Shown: positions 63,762 to 64,000 of the stretch, one piece after another | How the letters are laid out: each line of letters begins with the position of its first letter | Numbering within the stretch: position 1 is the first letter of the stretch | Sequence record: MK268344.1 | Direction: 5' to 3' (one strand) | DNA: 64,000 nt | Translations under genes and position numbers: made by a program | The notes under the pieces: model-generated | Told to the model about the DNA's origin: nothing | Seen by the model: the letters and a program-made list of their open reading frames with translations, nothing else | Database searches by the model: none

Positions 63762-64000
63762 ATGAGTTTTATTGATACATTTGTTAGTACTGGTACTGAA
63801 TTAGTAACATCAGTAGTAGAAAATACACAAATTGTTCGAAATCCACAATTTGAAGCGTATAATGCGGCACAGAGAGTATTTGGAACCGCAGGAGAAAAAG
63901 GATTTACTTTCTACAATCTTCCTAAATTTAAGGATTGTTTTATTGTAGAATTTGTATTAAGTGAATATGCAAAAAACTTTATTGAAACCCAATTACCAGA
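63762..64000 (+). CDS. partial structural protein (runs off window)
   Basis: AAGGAG RBS, open to window end. Confidence 0.65.
   Translation, partial: MSFIDTFVSTGTELVTSVVENTQIVRNPQFEAYNAAQRVFGTAGEKGFTFYNLPKFKDCFIVEFVLSEYAKNFIETQLP

Noticed and set aside
1-64000. CRISPR array, tRNA or rRNA genes
   Set aside because: No regularly spaced direct repeats and no cloverleaf or GTTCGAATC T-loop seen by eye; tRNAscan-SE and a CRISPR finder would confirm

Overview
AT-rich 64-kb segment of a large lytic myophage genome (roughly one-third GC by eye). It contains about 110 densely packed genes, all on the + strand except one Ig-domain gene. Gene content points to a jumbo T4-related phage of Enterobacterales; a RaK2/GAP32/PBECO4-like relationship is my inference, not a database result. 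Contents: NAD+ salvage pair (NMNAT-Nudix plus NAMPT, NARP2/KVP40-type); a cluster of Ntn-hydrolase, Acb1-like 2H phosphodiesterase, Sir2, NUDT16-like Nudix and cyclic-phosphate receiver genes; PhoH; an anaerobic nrdD-grcA-nrdG operon behind a perfect FNR box; three paralogous tail-fibre-like genes; spanins; thymidine and dNMP kinases; RNA/tRNA maintenance genes (RNA ligase, DUF2828/vWA, second 2H enzyme, CCA-adding enzyme, HPF, PTH2-like); LysM-lysozyme; and neck, sheath and two tail-tube genes. Regulatory signals are clear: canonical sigma70 promoters, six GGGACAAA-N15/14-TATAAT promoters, TAAATA late promoters (three inside RBS-sequestering hairpins) and about 20 intrinsic terminators. The most striking unexplained element is a GC-enriched, densely base-paired non-coding unit of about 490 nt (38133-38620). 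It has its own promoter and terminator and a long end-to-end closing helix followed by ACCA, making it a candidate large structured phage RNA. No tRNA, rRNA or CRISPR array was seen. All family calls come from motif recognition by eye; no searches were run.
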